A program made the position numbers and the translations under genes. From assembly GCF_004010195.1 (NCBI RefSeq), contig NC_057718.1:8145552-8209551 (forward strand): 64,000 nucleotides of DNA, written 5' to 3'. The first letter of the stretch is position 1. Each line of letters begins with the position of its first letter. The stretch comes from Chiloscyllium plagiosum (taxonomy: Eukaryota). The notes under the pieces were generated by a model. It worked only from the letters and a program-made list of their open reading frames with translations, made no database searches and was not told the origin of the DNA. Positions 49,970-62,599 of this stretch are shown here, piece after piece.

Positions 49970-50097
49970 GGAGAAAGGTGAGACTGCAGATGCTGGAGAG
50001 TCAGAGTCAAAAAGTGTGGTGTTGGAAAAGCACAGCAGGTCAAGCAGCAACCGAGGAGCAGGAGAGTTGACGTTTTGGGCATAAGCCCTTCATCAGG
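49970..50097 (-). mobile_element. PLE mini-element with 11-bp TSD (one mismatch)
   Basis: AAGGTAGGGTA at 49959-49969 and AAGGTAGAGTA at 50098-50108. Confidence 0.8.
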
Positions 50098-50489
50098 AAG
50101 GTAGAGTATATGAGCGATAGCAGATAGCTGCACAAACAAGGACATTAAGTGGAAGGTTAATATATCCCAGTACATAAAGTAAAGCAAGTCAAAGTATTAA
50201 GAGTAGCAAGCCCTATGATGAACACAGAGTCACATTCAGGAAAACACAACATGGGAACAGGAAGTCTGCCCACTCTGTTAGTGCTTATCTACTACACAAC
50301 CAGTACTCCTAATCATGTGCCTGCCTTGTTCCTATATCTGTCATTTCTACATCCATCTAACTTATATTTAAACATTTATACAGACACAACTTAAGGCAGC
50401 AATTCCTGACATATATTCCACAGCCTCAGAATCTCAGCTAAAAGAAAATGTTTCTCCTTTCTGTCCTAACATACTTATGTCTGATCTAC

Positions 50490-50690
50490 TCTGACCCTGT
50501 CAAGACCCCTAAGAATCCTCAATGTTTCAATGCGACCACCTTTCAGTCTTCTAAACTCCAGTGGATAGAGTTGCAATTTGTTTAATGTTTGCTCATAAGG
50601 CAATCCCTCCAGAGTAAGGATCATCTTAGTGACTCTTCTGTGAACTGCCTCCAGTGAAATAATGTCTTTCCGTAATCAAGGGGATCAATC
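50490..50690 (-). mobile_element. CR1 fragment duplicated at 52817-53000
   Basis: Direct sequence comparison. Confidence 0.8.
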
Positions 50691-50974
50691 CAAATTAGTG
50701 GTGACTTCAAATTTACTCAACTTGCTTCCTTTGTTTGTTACCTGAAATTACTGGAAACAGTCTGTTTCAGGCCTTCACAACTTTAAATTGCCCAAGAATC
50801 TAACAAAAATACCTCCCACTTTCCCAGCTTTTCCCATATTCCTACATTCCCGGTGGTCAAGGAACATCTCGATTTTAAAATTCTGATTGGCTTTTCAAAT
50901 TCCTCCCTAGCTTTACTCCTCCCTATTTGTGAGCTCATCCTGTCCCATAACTCTCAGATATGAAACATTTTTAA

Positions 50975-51670
50975 ACATGATAAAACATTGGTTCGGCCAC
51001 AGATAGAATACTGTGTGCATTTCTGGTCAGCACACTATGAAAAGGATGTGGTTAAAACTGTAAGGCGGAGGAGCAGAAATTATGCCCATTCAGCCCATCA
51101 AGTCTGCTGTGCCATTCAATCATGGCTGATAAGTTTCTCATCGCCATTCTCCCACTTTCTCCCTGTAACCCTTGATCTCCTTGGCAATCAAGAATCTATC
51201 TATTTCCATCTTAAATATACTCAATTTGTACTGGAGAAGGTAGGACATTGCCAGGGATGAAATTATAAGTTGCAGGTGGATAAGTTATGTTTATTTTCCC
51301 TGGAGTAGAGAAAGCTGAGGAGGGAGCTTATTGAGATCTACAATGTTATGGGAGGTGTAGACAGAGTAGATCATGAAAATCTCTTCCACATGGCAGACGA
51401 CGCAAGTTTAAGACGAGGAGTAAATGGTTTTGGGGAGGTATGAGGAAAGTAGTTTTTTCACCCAGAGGGTGGTAGAAATATGGAAGGTATTGCCTGAGAG
51501 GGTGGTGGAGGTAGGCACTCTCACAACATTGAAGAAGCACCTGATAAGGACTTGAATTACCAGGGCCCAGGAGGCTCCAGATCATTTGGGATTAGTGTAG
51601 TTTGACATTTGCTGGTCAGCACAGATATGGTGGGCCGAAGGGCCTGTTTTTCTCCTGCATGGCCCTATGA
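50975..51670 (+). mobile_element. CR1 C-terminal fragments with a nested inverted CR1 tail (about 51065-51225)
   Basis: VRPQIEYCVHFWS; FTQRVVEIW. Confidence 0.75.
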
Positions 51671-51949
51671 CTTTATATCTGCACCCCGCTTGGTATCTTG
51701 TGCATTCTAAATTATAATAACTCCAATTATAAATGTGTCTTCAATGGCCTGGACCTCAAACATTGGAGTTCCCTCCCTAGATTTCCACACCTCACATTCT
51801 CCCTTGAAGACCATTGGAAATAGGAAGAGGATCTGGCCTCCCTGTTCTGCTCTGCCATTCAACAGGATCATGGCTGATCTAATAGTCATCACGTCCACCT
51901 TCCTGCCCTTTCCCTATAACCCTTGTTCCCCGACTGATCAAGAATCTTG

Positions 51950-52268
51950 TGGGTGGCACGGTGGCACAGTGGTTAGCACTGCTGCCTCACAGCGCCAGAG
52001 ATCCGGGTTCAATTCCCGACTCTGGCGACTGACTGTGTGGAGTTTGCATGTTCTCCCCGTGTCTGCGTGGGTTTCCTCCGGGTGCTCCGGTTTCCTCCCA
52101 CAATCCAAAAATGTGCGGGTCAGGTTAATTGGCCATGCTAAATTGCCTGTAGTGTTAGGTTAAAGGGGTAAGTGTAGGGGTATGGGTGGGTTGCGCTTCG
52201 GCGGGTCGGTGTGGACTTGTTGGGCCGAAGGGCCTGTTTCCACACTGTAAGTAATCTAATCTAATCTA
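51950..52268 (+). mobile_element. HE1-type V-SINE, young (CpGs retained)
   Basis: GGCACGGTGGCACAGTGG...GGGTTCAATTCCC head; (TAATC)3 tail. Confidence 0.92.
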
Positions 52269-52293
52269 TCTCAGCCTTAAATATACACAAGGA

Positions 52294-52643
52294 TGTGGAG
52301 GTGCCGGTGTTGGACTGGGGTGGAGTAAGTTAAAAGTCACACAATACCGGGTTATGGTTTATTTGGAAGCAATGGCTTTCGGTGCGTTGCTCCTTTGTCA
52401 GGTAGCTAGTGAGGCAGGATCATAGGATACAGAACTTACATACTTATGTCACATACTTATGCAATACATTGAACAAACACAGCAAACTAGATTTGTTCAA
52501 TATATCACATCTGTGTGTGACGCTATGATCTTTTGCTGTAAGTTCTGTATCCTATGATCCTGACAAAAGAGCGGCACTCCAAAAGCTTGTACTTCCAAAT
52601 AAACCTGTTGGACTATAACCTGGTGTCGTGTGATTTTTAACTT
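52294..52643. mobile_element. PLE-like fold-back (further family), 12-bp TSD with one mismatch
   Basis: TATACACAAGGA at 52282-52293 and TATACAAAAGGA at 52644-52655; arms carry CTGACAAA-GGAGC...CCGAAAGC hammerhead-like remnants. Confidence 0.75.
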
Positions 52644-53404
52644 TATACAAAAGGACTCTACCCCCACAGCTCTCTCTGTGGCAAGAAGTTCCAAAGACTC
52701 ACAACCCTCTGAGAGAAGAGATTCCTCCTCATCGCTGTCTTCAATTGGTGCCCCTTTATTCTGAGACTCTGGCTTCTGATGCTGGACTCTCCCACGAGGG
52801 GAAACATTTCCTCAGCACTGACCCTGTCAAGACCCCTGAGAATCTTTTCTGTTTCAATGGCATCACCTCTCAGTCTTCTAAACTCCAGTGGGTAGAGTTG
52901 CAATTTGTTTAATGTTTGCTCATAAGGCAACCCTCCAGAGCAGGGATCATCTGTGAACTGCCTCCAGTGAAATAATGTCTTTCCTTAAGTAAGGGGATCA
53001 ATCCAAATCAGTGGTGACTTCAAAGTTACTGTTAATACTGTAAATACTCATTGCCCTGGATTGAAGATCTGTTTAATGGGTCAAAAATTAACAAAGATGA
53101 ATTTTTGCAGGCCGACCTGTTATATTTGCTGCATCCTAATGCCTATTGACTACAGTGAAGCACTGGGGCCTGTTTCGCTATACAGGGGTCCCCTTTGGGA
53201 TCATGGCAGCTGCAGCCTTATTTCAGAGATCCATGAACCAAATCCTGCAGGGACTAAGGAGGTACAATGCTACCTTGATGACATCTGGCGGTGCAGAAGA
53301 AGTGTACTGGAGGAATTCTGGAGAAGACCCGAAAGCAGCTGCAAACACAAGAGCTGTAAAAAAAAAAGTGACTTCTTCCAGGACTAAACCGAATACGTAG
53401 AGAA

Positions 53405-53501
53405 GTCAAGATCAGAGCGGTGCTGGAAAAGCACAGCAGGTCAGGCAGCATCCGAGGAGCAGGAAAATCGACGTTTCAGGTAAAAGCCCTTCATCAGGAA
53501 T
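53405..53501 (-). mobile_element. PLE mini-element with perfect 14-bp TSD
   Basis: GAATACGTAGAGAA at 53391-53404 and 53502-53515. Confidence 0.88.
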
Positions 53502-53592
53502 GAATACGTAGAGAACATCATCGACAGCAGGGGCTCTACAAGGCACCAGAGATAATGAAGGCAATCATGGAGGTTCCTCAGCCCACTAATGT

Positions 53593-53704
53593 CCTCATGA
53601 ATGGCTTATGCCCGAAACAGCGATGCTCCTCCTCCTCGGATGCTACCTGACCTGCTGTGCTTTTCCACACTCGCCTCCAGCATCAGCAGTCCTCACTATT
53701 TCCT
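53593..53704 (+). mobile_element. PLE mini-element with 8-bp TSD
   Basis: ACTAATGT at 53585-53592 and 53705-53712. Confidence 0.75.
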
Positions 53705-55179
53705 ACTAATGTACCCTGATTAAAGTTTTCCCTGGGTCCTGTGAATTATTATCAGAAACCTTTTTCAAATTTGATGACTCTATTGAAACTGTTAGGCAAC
53801 CTTCTCTGCAAAGGTCAGTGTTGGAAATGAATCACAGAATGTGAGGGAACGTGTCTTGCTTGTCAAACAGGCATTTCAGGGGTCAGATGGCTTGGCTCAC
53901 AGGTTGCTCTTACAATTCATGTGTGATGTCTCACATTGTGGAATTGGTGCAGCTCTGGTGCACACCTGACCCACGGGAGAGCAGAGTCTGATTGTCCCAG
54001 CTTCGCATTCTCTCACTAATCCAGTGACAAGAGACATCCAAAATGGGCAAGGGGGCATTCAGCACCATTTTCAGTGTGGGGACATTTTACCGTTGGCTAT
54101 CCAGCTGCCACCTGGTCCGACCAACCGATCGGCGTCTCCTTGCGCTCAGCTTCGGTCCATACACTGGAATTCCCTCAACAGCGCCCAAACAACTCCAGGA
54201 TGGGGCCCTACACCTCTCAGCACATAAACTACGGGCAGTCAGGGTGACACTCAAATGCATTGTCTAGGCTGTCCCTGCCTTGGAGTGGAGGGCCATGCAG
54301 AATTGGGTCGAAGATTCTCTACTTCTCGCAATCAGAAAATGTGCCGATGACATTGGCCCAAGTGAGGGATGATACCAGAAATGCCCCCATTTTATGTCAG
54401 GTGACAAAGAGCCAGCAGGAGGCAACCTGAACTCAAGTTGAGGAGGTGGGGAGTTGCCAGTTCTGAAAAAGTGCCCACTACGGGGATTGAACATTAGGAT
54501 ACAAGGTGCTGGAGCGGTTGCACCATCTCAGGGTAGTCAGGGTGGAAGAACTCACCAGGAACGATTTTGAATGATCCGATTTGGATGCCCAGATTGATGA
54601 AGAAGACCAACTTGCACCAAAATCAGAAACGCCCCAAAGTTGTCATTGCTACACCCTTGGGAAAGACCCAAGGGTCCACAGCAATGTGCCCACATTAATT
54701 CTGCTGGCCCCTTGAAGGGGTCAGATGCTGCTGGTGGTAGTTGATGCTCATTCCTGGTGGCCAGAGATGGCACTAATGAAGTCTACTTGTGGACAGCTGA
54801 TGATTAAGAAACTGGACAAAATACTCACCAAGTTCAGTAACCCTGAGCAGGTTGTCACTCACAATGGTCCTCAGCTCCTCACACAGGAATTTATTGACTA
54901 CATTGGTGCATTGATGCACGATCATGACTAAAAACAAAAAGTGCTGGAGATCACAGCTGGTCAGGCAACATCCATGGAGAGAAAGCAAGCTAATGTTTCG
55001 AGTCTAGATGCCTCTTCATCACAGCTAATGTGAAGTGCGGAGAGGCCAGCATTTATGCTATAGTTGGGAGATGGGGAGTTGGAATATTGGCAGAGAAATG
55101 GTGTTAATAGTTCAGATTAAGTGATCAGAATGTGAGAATGGCAGAACAATGCAATGGATTTTGTTTGGTATAGAGGGAA

Positions 55180-55595
55180 GGTCTTAGGAGGAAAGGCTGA
55201 GGGACTTGAGACTGTTTTCGCTAGAGAGAAGAAGGTTGAGAGGTGACTTAATTGAGATATATAAGATAATCAGAGGGTTAGATAGGGTGGACAGTGTGAG
55301 CCTTTTTCCTTGGATGGTGATGGCTAGCATGAGGGGACACAGCTGAGTTGAGAGGGTGATAGATATAGGACAGATGGCAGAGGCAGTTTCTTTACTCAGA
55401 GATTAGTAGGGTTGTGGGACGCACTGCCTACAACAGTAGTAGACTCGCCAACTTTAAGGGCATTTAAATGGACATTGGATAAAAATATGGATGAGAATGG
55501 AATAGTGTAGGATAGATGGGCTTCAGATTGGTTCCACAGATCGGTGCAACATCAAGGGCCGAAGGGCCTGTACTGCGCTGTATGTTCTATGTTCT
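55180..55595 (+). mobile_element. CR1 3' fragment
   Basis: AGGTTGAGAGGTGACTTAATTGAG; TTCTATGTTCTA tail. Confidence 0.85.
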
Positions 55596-55807
55596 AATGG
55601 CGTATATAAGCCAGACTGGAATGAAGACAGTCCCTCTGGGGTGGGTGGGGGAGGAGGAGGGGGTGGTGGTGTCAGGTGGTGAGGTGAGGACATGGTGACA
55701 GAAAATGCAACACGTAGAGCTAAAAGAAAGGGAAGGAATGGGAGTGGGTTCACAACCTGAAGGTGATAAACTCAATATTAAACCCAGAAGGCTGCAAAGT
55801 GCCCAGT

Positions 55808-56455
55808 TGTCACTAAGCTAGTTCTTTTTTACCCTAAAAGCTGTTCCTTGGATCAAGGAGACTCTGTCGTTGCTTTTTTTCAGAGGGGCAATAAACCAGG
55901 CCGGGCTTCGATCAGACTGGTTTGTTACAGAGATGAAAAGGATTTTGAGAGGCCTTTTGTTTATATGTAAACAGATGAGACTTCAGGCCAAAATGGTCAT
56001 GTTTTAGAAGTGACCTGTAGAATGAAAGGGGAGTAGTCAGCTCTCTAGCTGAGCTGAGCAGTTTAATTCAGTCCAGAACTGGTTGGGAGTTCAACAGTGA
56101 GCTGTGTGGAAACTCTCTGTCTCTTTCTGCTCTTCAATTTCAACCTGTAAGCATGTTTTCCATTTATGTTGGTTTTTAAAGGGGGTTTGCTTATTGGGAA
56201 TGTTGTGTATATTCAGAACAGCATACTTAAGTCTAGTTTGGATAGACTGAGTTCTGTAGGGATTCTTTATCCTGTCCTTTGTGTTTCATTGTGTAATCTT
56301 GTGAATAAATTTTTGTCTGTTTCAAAATCTAGTAGTCAACCTAGTTAACTTACTCCGGGTAATTTTCACTATACACTTAGCGAAACAGATTTCCAAGTTA
56401 TGGTCTGGGCTGCCTGCTTAAGAGCGTTTTGAGTGGCCTGGTCTAGTCCATAACA
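55808..56455 (+). mobile_element. Solo LTR inserted in a PLE fragment
   Basis: TGTCA...TAACA termini, AATAAA at about 56304, flanks CAGT/TAGT; the flanks rejoin as a minus-strand GIY-YIG C-terminus similar to 46950-47020. Confidence 0.75.
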
Positions 56456-56635
56456 TAGTCTAACGATGAGATATTGTTCCTCCAGCTGGTGTTGTGATTC
56501 GCTGGAGCACAGAAGCATGCCGAGGAACTGACAAGGGGGCATGTGAGCAGGATGCTGTGTTGAAATGACAGGCTACAGAAAGGTCGGGGTCATGCTTGGG
56601 TGTGGACCTGAGGTGTCCTGCGATTGGCTGGTGCA

Positions 56636-56753
56636 GAAATGGGTACTGCAGATGCTGGAGATCAGAGTCAAGAGTGTGGTGCTGGAAAAGCACAACAGGT
56701 CAGGCAGCATCCAAGGAGCAGGAGAATCGCTGTTTCGAGCCAGAGCTCTTCAT
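56636..56753 (-). mobile_element. PLE mini-element with 8-bp TSD
   Basis: CTGGTGCA at 56628-56635 and 56754-56761. Confidence 0.78.
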
Positions 56754-57540
56754 CTGGTGCACTATCTTCTCTGGATCAACGGTCTTACGGAATGATTGGT
56801 ACAATTGTTAAAACACTCATCCAATGTGTCCGAGGTAGGGGTCACTCATTATTGAGTCGACAGACTTCTGGCCATGTTCCGAAACACATCTCTGGTGCAC
56901 ATGCTATTTAAAAGGAAGTTACAAACCACATTTGACTTGTTGCTACCTGAACATATGCATGAGATTGTTGAGAAGAATCAATAATCACAAATGCCCAGAA
57001 GGGAAACGGACTCCGTTTATCTCATCAGGGTGACCAATATTCAGCCTAGAGTGACAATGCTACTGCCAAGTGGGCACCTGGCTTGAGTTGATGCCATATC
57101 CAACACAATCCAAACCCAGGATGAGATCCTTGTGGCTATGGCATGCTGACCAGCTGTTAGCAGCACACCTCCAAGTGTTGGAACCAGCCATCCCCATAGA
57201 GCCTGAATAAGGCAGCAGCACAATGCCTTTGCAGCAAGCTGCTGTAGTCAATTCGGGTACCAGCCCTGGGGAAGAGACTGTCTCTGTTCCCTTGGGGTGA
57301 GCCATCTTTACCTGAGGTTCCGAAGATTGCAAAGGTGAATCCTCCATCAGAGGTAGGATGACAGATACCCACTGAATAGAACTCTCTAATGAAATGGCGC
57401 CTCCTATTGTCGTACCTAATGGAGATGGCTATCATGACCATATTAATAGTTTTGTTGTTTGTACACCCATGCTGTGTTTGGAACTATGTAGACATTGGGG
57501 TGGTTTGTTCAAGGGAAATTTTGAAAATAAAGGGGAGGAG

Positions 57541-57716
57541 TGTTATGTATTATAGTTGATGTATATTATTTTGAGATATTGTCCTTTTAAGAGGTGAGTT
57601 ATGTGATGCAGGTAGGTCCTCAGCCAGTGCTCCTGGGCTTGCTCAGACATGTTTTGGGCTTTACAGAGTACACAGGTACAGAATAAAACTTCCCTATTGA
57701 GTTACAGACCATGACG
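57541..57716 (+). mobile_element. 3' LTR of the Gypsy element
   Basis: TGTTATG directly after the polypurine tract; AATAAA at 57682; 3' end uncertain. Confidence 0.65.
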
Positions 57717-58053
57717 ACTTTGTGCTTTTTTCAGTTCTGTCTGGAGGCTAAAAACTGCACAGCACAGAATATGTTCAAAAGTAATCACCTAATTGCTCCA
57801 ATTCCGTTTTCCAGCCACTTGGCACGTAGTCTTCTATGCATATGTACATCTGGATATTTCTTCAGTGTAATGAGGGTTTCTGCCTCTCTCAACCTTACAT
57901 GCAGAGAGTTCCAGATTCCCACCACCCTCTGGGTGAAAAGGATTTTCCTCCCATCTTCTCTAAACTTTCTGCCACTTGCCTTAACCCCCACACCCCGGTT
58001 ATTGATCTTTTCTTTTCCTGTCTACCCTACCCATAGCTGTCATAATCACCAAG

Positions 58054-58840
58054 GGCACTTGGTGGCTCAGTGGGTAGCACTGCTGCCTCATCATGTCAGG
58101 GACCCAGGTTCAATTCCACCCTTAGGTGACTATCTCTTTGCACCTTGACAAGGTCAGAAGTCACATGACATCAGCATATAGCCCAATAGGCTTTTTTAAA
58201 ATCACAAGCTTCCGGAGCATCAGGTGAAGTCAAAGCGATTGAAACTTGTGATTTCAAATAAACCTGTTGGATTACAATCTGGTTTTAGATTAGATTAAAT
58301 TCCCTACAGTGTGGAAACAGGCTCTTCGGCCCAACAAGTCCACACCGACCCTCCCAAGAGTAACCCTACCCTATGTTTACCCCTGTCTAATGTAGCTAAC
58401 ACTCTGGGCAATTGAGCACGGCCAATTCACCTGACCTGCACATGTTTGGACTGTGAGGGGAAACTGGACCACCCGGAAGAAACCCATGCAGACACGGTGG
58501 GGGGAATGTGCAAACTCCAGACAGTCGCCCGAGGCTGGAATCGAGCCTGGGTCCCTGACGCTGTAAGGCAGCAGTGCTAACCACTGAGCCACTGTGCCAC
58601 CCACAACGGTGCTCTGTGACTTCTGACTTTACCCACCCTAGTCCAATATTGGCACCTCCACATCATGTGTAAAGTTTGCATATTCGCCCGGCGTCTGTGT
58701 GGGTTCCCTCCAGGTGTTCTGGTTTCCTCCCACCGTCCAAAGAAGTACAGGTTACAGGTTAGGTGGATTGGCCATGGAAAATGCAAGGATACAGGGATTA
58801 GGTGGGATGCCGTTTGGAGAGTTGGTGTGGACTCACTCCA
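58054..58840 (+). mobile_element. HE1 SINE split by a PLE fold-back (about 58148-58665), itself split by a reverse HE1 SINE (about 58285-58605)
   Basis: SINE head at 58054-58145 and body resuming at about 58666; GTCAGAAGTCAC inverted as GTGACTTCTGAC. Confidence 0.78.
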
Positions 58841-60290
58841 TAATTTAGGGGATTCCACTACTCCACTCAATCTTACATTTTGCAAGCCCACCCCCCCCCC
58901 CACCCCCATTTATTCTATTGTAACATGTATGTGGATTGACCTTTAAAATTAAAATGCAGTGGTAGTTTATGAAGCCAGATAGATTCATAGCTCTTCAGAT
59001 ACATTGACATTTGCCAGTGATTATGGAGCAGACTTGTTCATATTATCTGGTACACTCAAATTAGCAGTACTTGTAATCGTAATGTAGTAGCAAGGACCTA
59101 AACAATGGGTAATCACAATACGCTCAGTGAAGTATCACCGAGTGACCCAGTTGAGTTTTAAATCAGGCCTTTTAAAGGTTGGAAATGGAGAAGATAGTTC
59201 CTCCCATTGTTTGTGAGATGGTCACAGTCTGAAACATGAAGTAAACGCAACAACTGATCCCTGCTCAGAGACAGACAGCTTTCTCTAAGGACATTGTATG
59301 GCCCAGGATATCAGCCGTGTCGATAACACAGCTCATTTCCCAGCATGTGGAAGCTGTACTCTGCTACTCCACTTTGCACTGGGGACAGAACACAATAAAC
59401 AAAAGCAAAGAGCACCCTTGCCTCGCTTTGCAAGCACACAGGTAAAATACAAACCAGCTCCGGTTTCCCATCAGCTGGAACATATTAATAAAACTAAAAC
59501 CAGCAGTAATCAGGCTTCTGAACACTTGAGATTAGTCCATGTACATTACAGCTGACCTTGCAATTAAATGCTCTTTCATTTGAATTTCTGAACAAGAGAG
59601 ACCTTTGTGTGCTATGCATCGCCTATGGAAGACAAGACCTACATTCGGTCGAATTCAGTGAATTAAATTTGATACGGTTCTCCTTTATCAGATGAAATTT
59701 TCAGCAAGTTGCCGACATTTCAGCTACTCTGTGCTTACACCAGGTAACCTGCAGTGGACCCACTTTTAATCAACCTCTTTCAGAGACATTCTGACATATT
59801 TTTGGGGCAGGTAATTGTTAAACCAGAAACTTCTGGCCCAGAAGAAGGGACACTACCATTGCACCACAATAGCTCTTTTAAGCATAACATATCCATACTC
59901 AACCTGTTCATAAGTGTTATGACTAGGTCGGTAGGTGATAATACCAGCTCAGAGTTAGGGACATTACCATGACATCTCAAAAATCCTCAAAGACATGCAT
60001 TTTTATATATATATATTCAAATCACCAGTTCATCAATGTTATGACGCATTGTGGGAGCATATTGGGTCTTGAGCCAGAGCCTCCTGGACATTATCACTAT
60101 ACCTGAAAAGGCCTCAAAGACCCGGATCTGTATTGTGCTACAGCAGTCAGTATGGGGTTGGAGCGGAGGTATGGTAGGAAATCTGTGAAGTGGCAGAATG
60201 GATCAAAAGGTGTATTTCCTACTAATGGAGTTGGTGAGTAGCTTAGACATAGCAACTCCCAGGCACTTTGTTGGGGTCATTTCTATTGTG

Positions 60291-60508
60291 GGAGAAAGTG
60301 AGGACAGCAGATGCTGGAGATCAGAGTTGAGAGTGTGATGCTGGAAAAGCACAGCAGGTCAGGCAGCATTCGTGGAGCAGGAAGATCGACGTTTCGGGCA
60401 TAAGCCCTTCATGAGGAATTGGGGGGGGCTTATGCCCGAAACGATGATTCTCCTATCCTCGGATGCTGCCTGACCTGCCGTGTTTTTCCAGTGCCACACT
60501 CTCGACTC
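60291..60508. mobile_element. PLE fold-back mini-element
   Basis: CGTTTCGGGCATAAGCCC inverted as GGGCTTATGCCCGAAACG; the left arm has the extra tail. Confidence 0.85.
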
Positions 60509-60799
60509 ACGTCTTTTGTAGAAGTGCCTAGCAACAACAACCAGGTGTAAATGGCAAGCTGTTTCAATTTTATGTATCTATGGTAGAGACATGTCAGCAG
60601 CGGGGCCAGCATTTATGGATCTCATCATTTGCCCTGGGGAAAGATGGAGCTGGTGGTGTAATGCTGCAGTCTTTGGGCTGTAAGTAAAGCAGGCTTTTGA
60701 ATTTAAAAGGATAAAGGGTAATAAACTCTCCACATCAGCCCTGTCAAATCCTTTAAGAATCTTTCATGCTTTATAATAAGACTCTAACATTTTTGCAAC

Positions 60800-61245
60800 T
60801 GGCCTATAGGTTTACAAATTTGAACCTGACATAGGGAGGTTTTCTTATGAAAAGCTCAGCGGTTTGTGCCTCTACACACTGGAGTTTAGAAGACACAATC
60901 TCTTTGAAACATGCAAGATGCTTATGGAGCTGCACAGGGCAGATGAGGGAAAAGTTGTCTTCCCTTGTTTGGGAGTCCAGGACTAGAGGGCACAATCTCA
61001 ACAGTCACAAAATGGAGAGAGAGGAGGAGGAATTTATTCTCCTCCAGGGAAGTGAAACTTTGGAATTTTTCCCACAGAGGGCTGTCAAGCTCATTGAGTA
61101 TATTCAAGGAGAGATAGACAGTAACAAAATCAATGGTGCTGAGGGATAGGCATGAAAAGAGGTGAGCCAAAACAGCCATTACCTAATTGAACAGCAGAGC
61201 AGGGTCTATAGGCTGAATGGCCTCATTCTGCCCTCAGGTCTTATA
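60800..61245 (+). mobile_element. Old CR1 3' fragment
   Basis: ESRTRGHNL and FFPQRAV. Confidence 0.7.
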
Positions 61246-62182
61246 ACAATAAAGTACTAGATTTGTTATTGGAGCAAGTCAAGTTAACATGAGGTTTAAT
61301 AGAATTTAAAATGATTAAGAGATGTGAAAGGAAATGTAAAGACTATGGTATGGGGTGGGGGGGGTTATTTCAATAAATCATCAGACTTTTGGCAAAAATT
61401 TATTTACCCAGAGGGTCGTTGCAGAGGGTAGAATGTTTTGTCATGTCTTAGAAAAGTGGGTACATGGCTAAAGGCAGCTGGGTATCTTACAATTCACTTG
61501 GAGTCCAAACTACTGCAGTAACATGCACCTTTTACACGGATGTAGCCTGGAGTTGCGGATAGGGATGGGAATGGCTCTAATATTCTTTCCGTCATGCTTT
61601 CAAATGGGAATCTCTCCTGGTTTTCTTCATGCCTACCATTGCTGTCTCAGAAAGCATTGCAGGTTGATATTCAAGCTACTTGGTTGTGTTAAGGATATAC
61701 GCTCCTTTGCCCAAGATAGGACTCAAACACAGAGTCTACTTCAGATCAGATGCTACCCTATGCATCAGAACATCACCCATACTTAAAGGCATATAAATGT
61801 CTCTAGAACAATAGAATGGAACAGAGTAGTATAGCATAGAATAGCCTTTCTTGTCATGTGGTCTCGAATGAGTGCAGTGAAAGTTTCTAGTGCCATCTCT
61901 CAGCACCATCTCAACTACACGGTACCCAGGTATAGCTACTTTCAGTGTTTTGCAGCGTTGAAATAGTAAAAAAGTTAGCATGGGAATACTGAGTTTAAAA
62001 GTCCAGAAAGATAATAAAAAGTATCAATAAAGTACTCAAGTTATAGTCCTTTTCCAACCTGAGTTCATGTCCGCGTGACTTCAGAACACGAGGCCACGCT
62101 GTCTCCACACACTGCCCTCCATCCAGGACTCGCTCTGCACCCACTCCGGGACTTGACCCTTGACTCCCTCTGCTCTCCACTT

Positions 62183-62445
62183 ATCTGTGTGGAGTTTGCA
62201 CATTCCCCCCGTGTCTGCGCTGTTTTCCTCCGGGTGCTCCAGTTTCCTCCCAAAGTCCAAAGATGTGCAGATTAAGTAGGTTGGCCATACTATAGTGCAC
62301 ATGATGTCCATGGATGCCTAGGGTTACTGTATCATTCATGGGAAAAGCAGGATGACGGGGAATAAGGTTGGGGAGGGCTGGAGGGATGGGTTTGGGTGGA
62401 CCCGATGGGCTGAATGGCCTACTTCCATGCTGTAGTGATTCTATT
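62183..62445 (+). mobile_element. HE1-type V-SINE lacking its tRNA head
   Basis: Starts at the V-domain CTGTGTGGAGTTTGCACATTC. Confidence 0.8.
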
Positions 62446-62599
62446 CTGTAAAAACGGGAAACAAACAGCAGAATATTGTCATTGCACTACTGTGATTAGT
62501 TAGATTTCACTACTACATAGGACTAGAAATGATTACCCAAATATATTTAACTCTTGTGACAACTGCAAGTGAGTGCCCACAGTTACAGGTTAGAAAGGG

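Larger units (their letters stand above)
51800..53000 (-). mobile_element. CR1 3' portion interrupted by an HE1 SINE and a PLE fold-back
   Basis: ORF 52658-52930 YPLEFRRLRGD...NLFSQRVVSLWN. Confidence 0.85.
53050..57716 (+). mobile_element. Decayed Gypsy LTR retrotransposon (RT-RNase H-integrase, PPT, 3' LTR) with nested inserts
   Basis: GLFRYTGVPFGIMAAAALFQRSMNQILQGL, CYLDDI, LVVVDAHSWWPE, PEQVVTHNGPQL; PPT AAAGGGGAGGAG ending at 57540. Confidence 0.85.

Noticed and set aside
51950..52030. tRNA gene
   Set aside because: tRNA-derived A/B-box head of an HE1 SINE that continues into the V-domain and LINE-type tail
53050..57716. Domesticated or active retroviral-like gene
   Set aside because: Numerous stops, frameshifts and nested insertions; an integrase catalytic Asp is replaced (THNG instead of SDNG)
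60291..60508. Palindromic elements as DNA-transposon MITEs or pre-miRNAs
   Set aside because: Arms match Penelope 3' termini, are asymmetric and have variable-length TSDs in this family; there is no expression evidence for a miRNA
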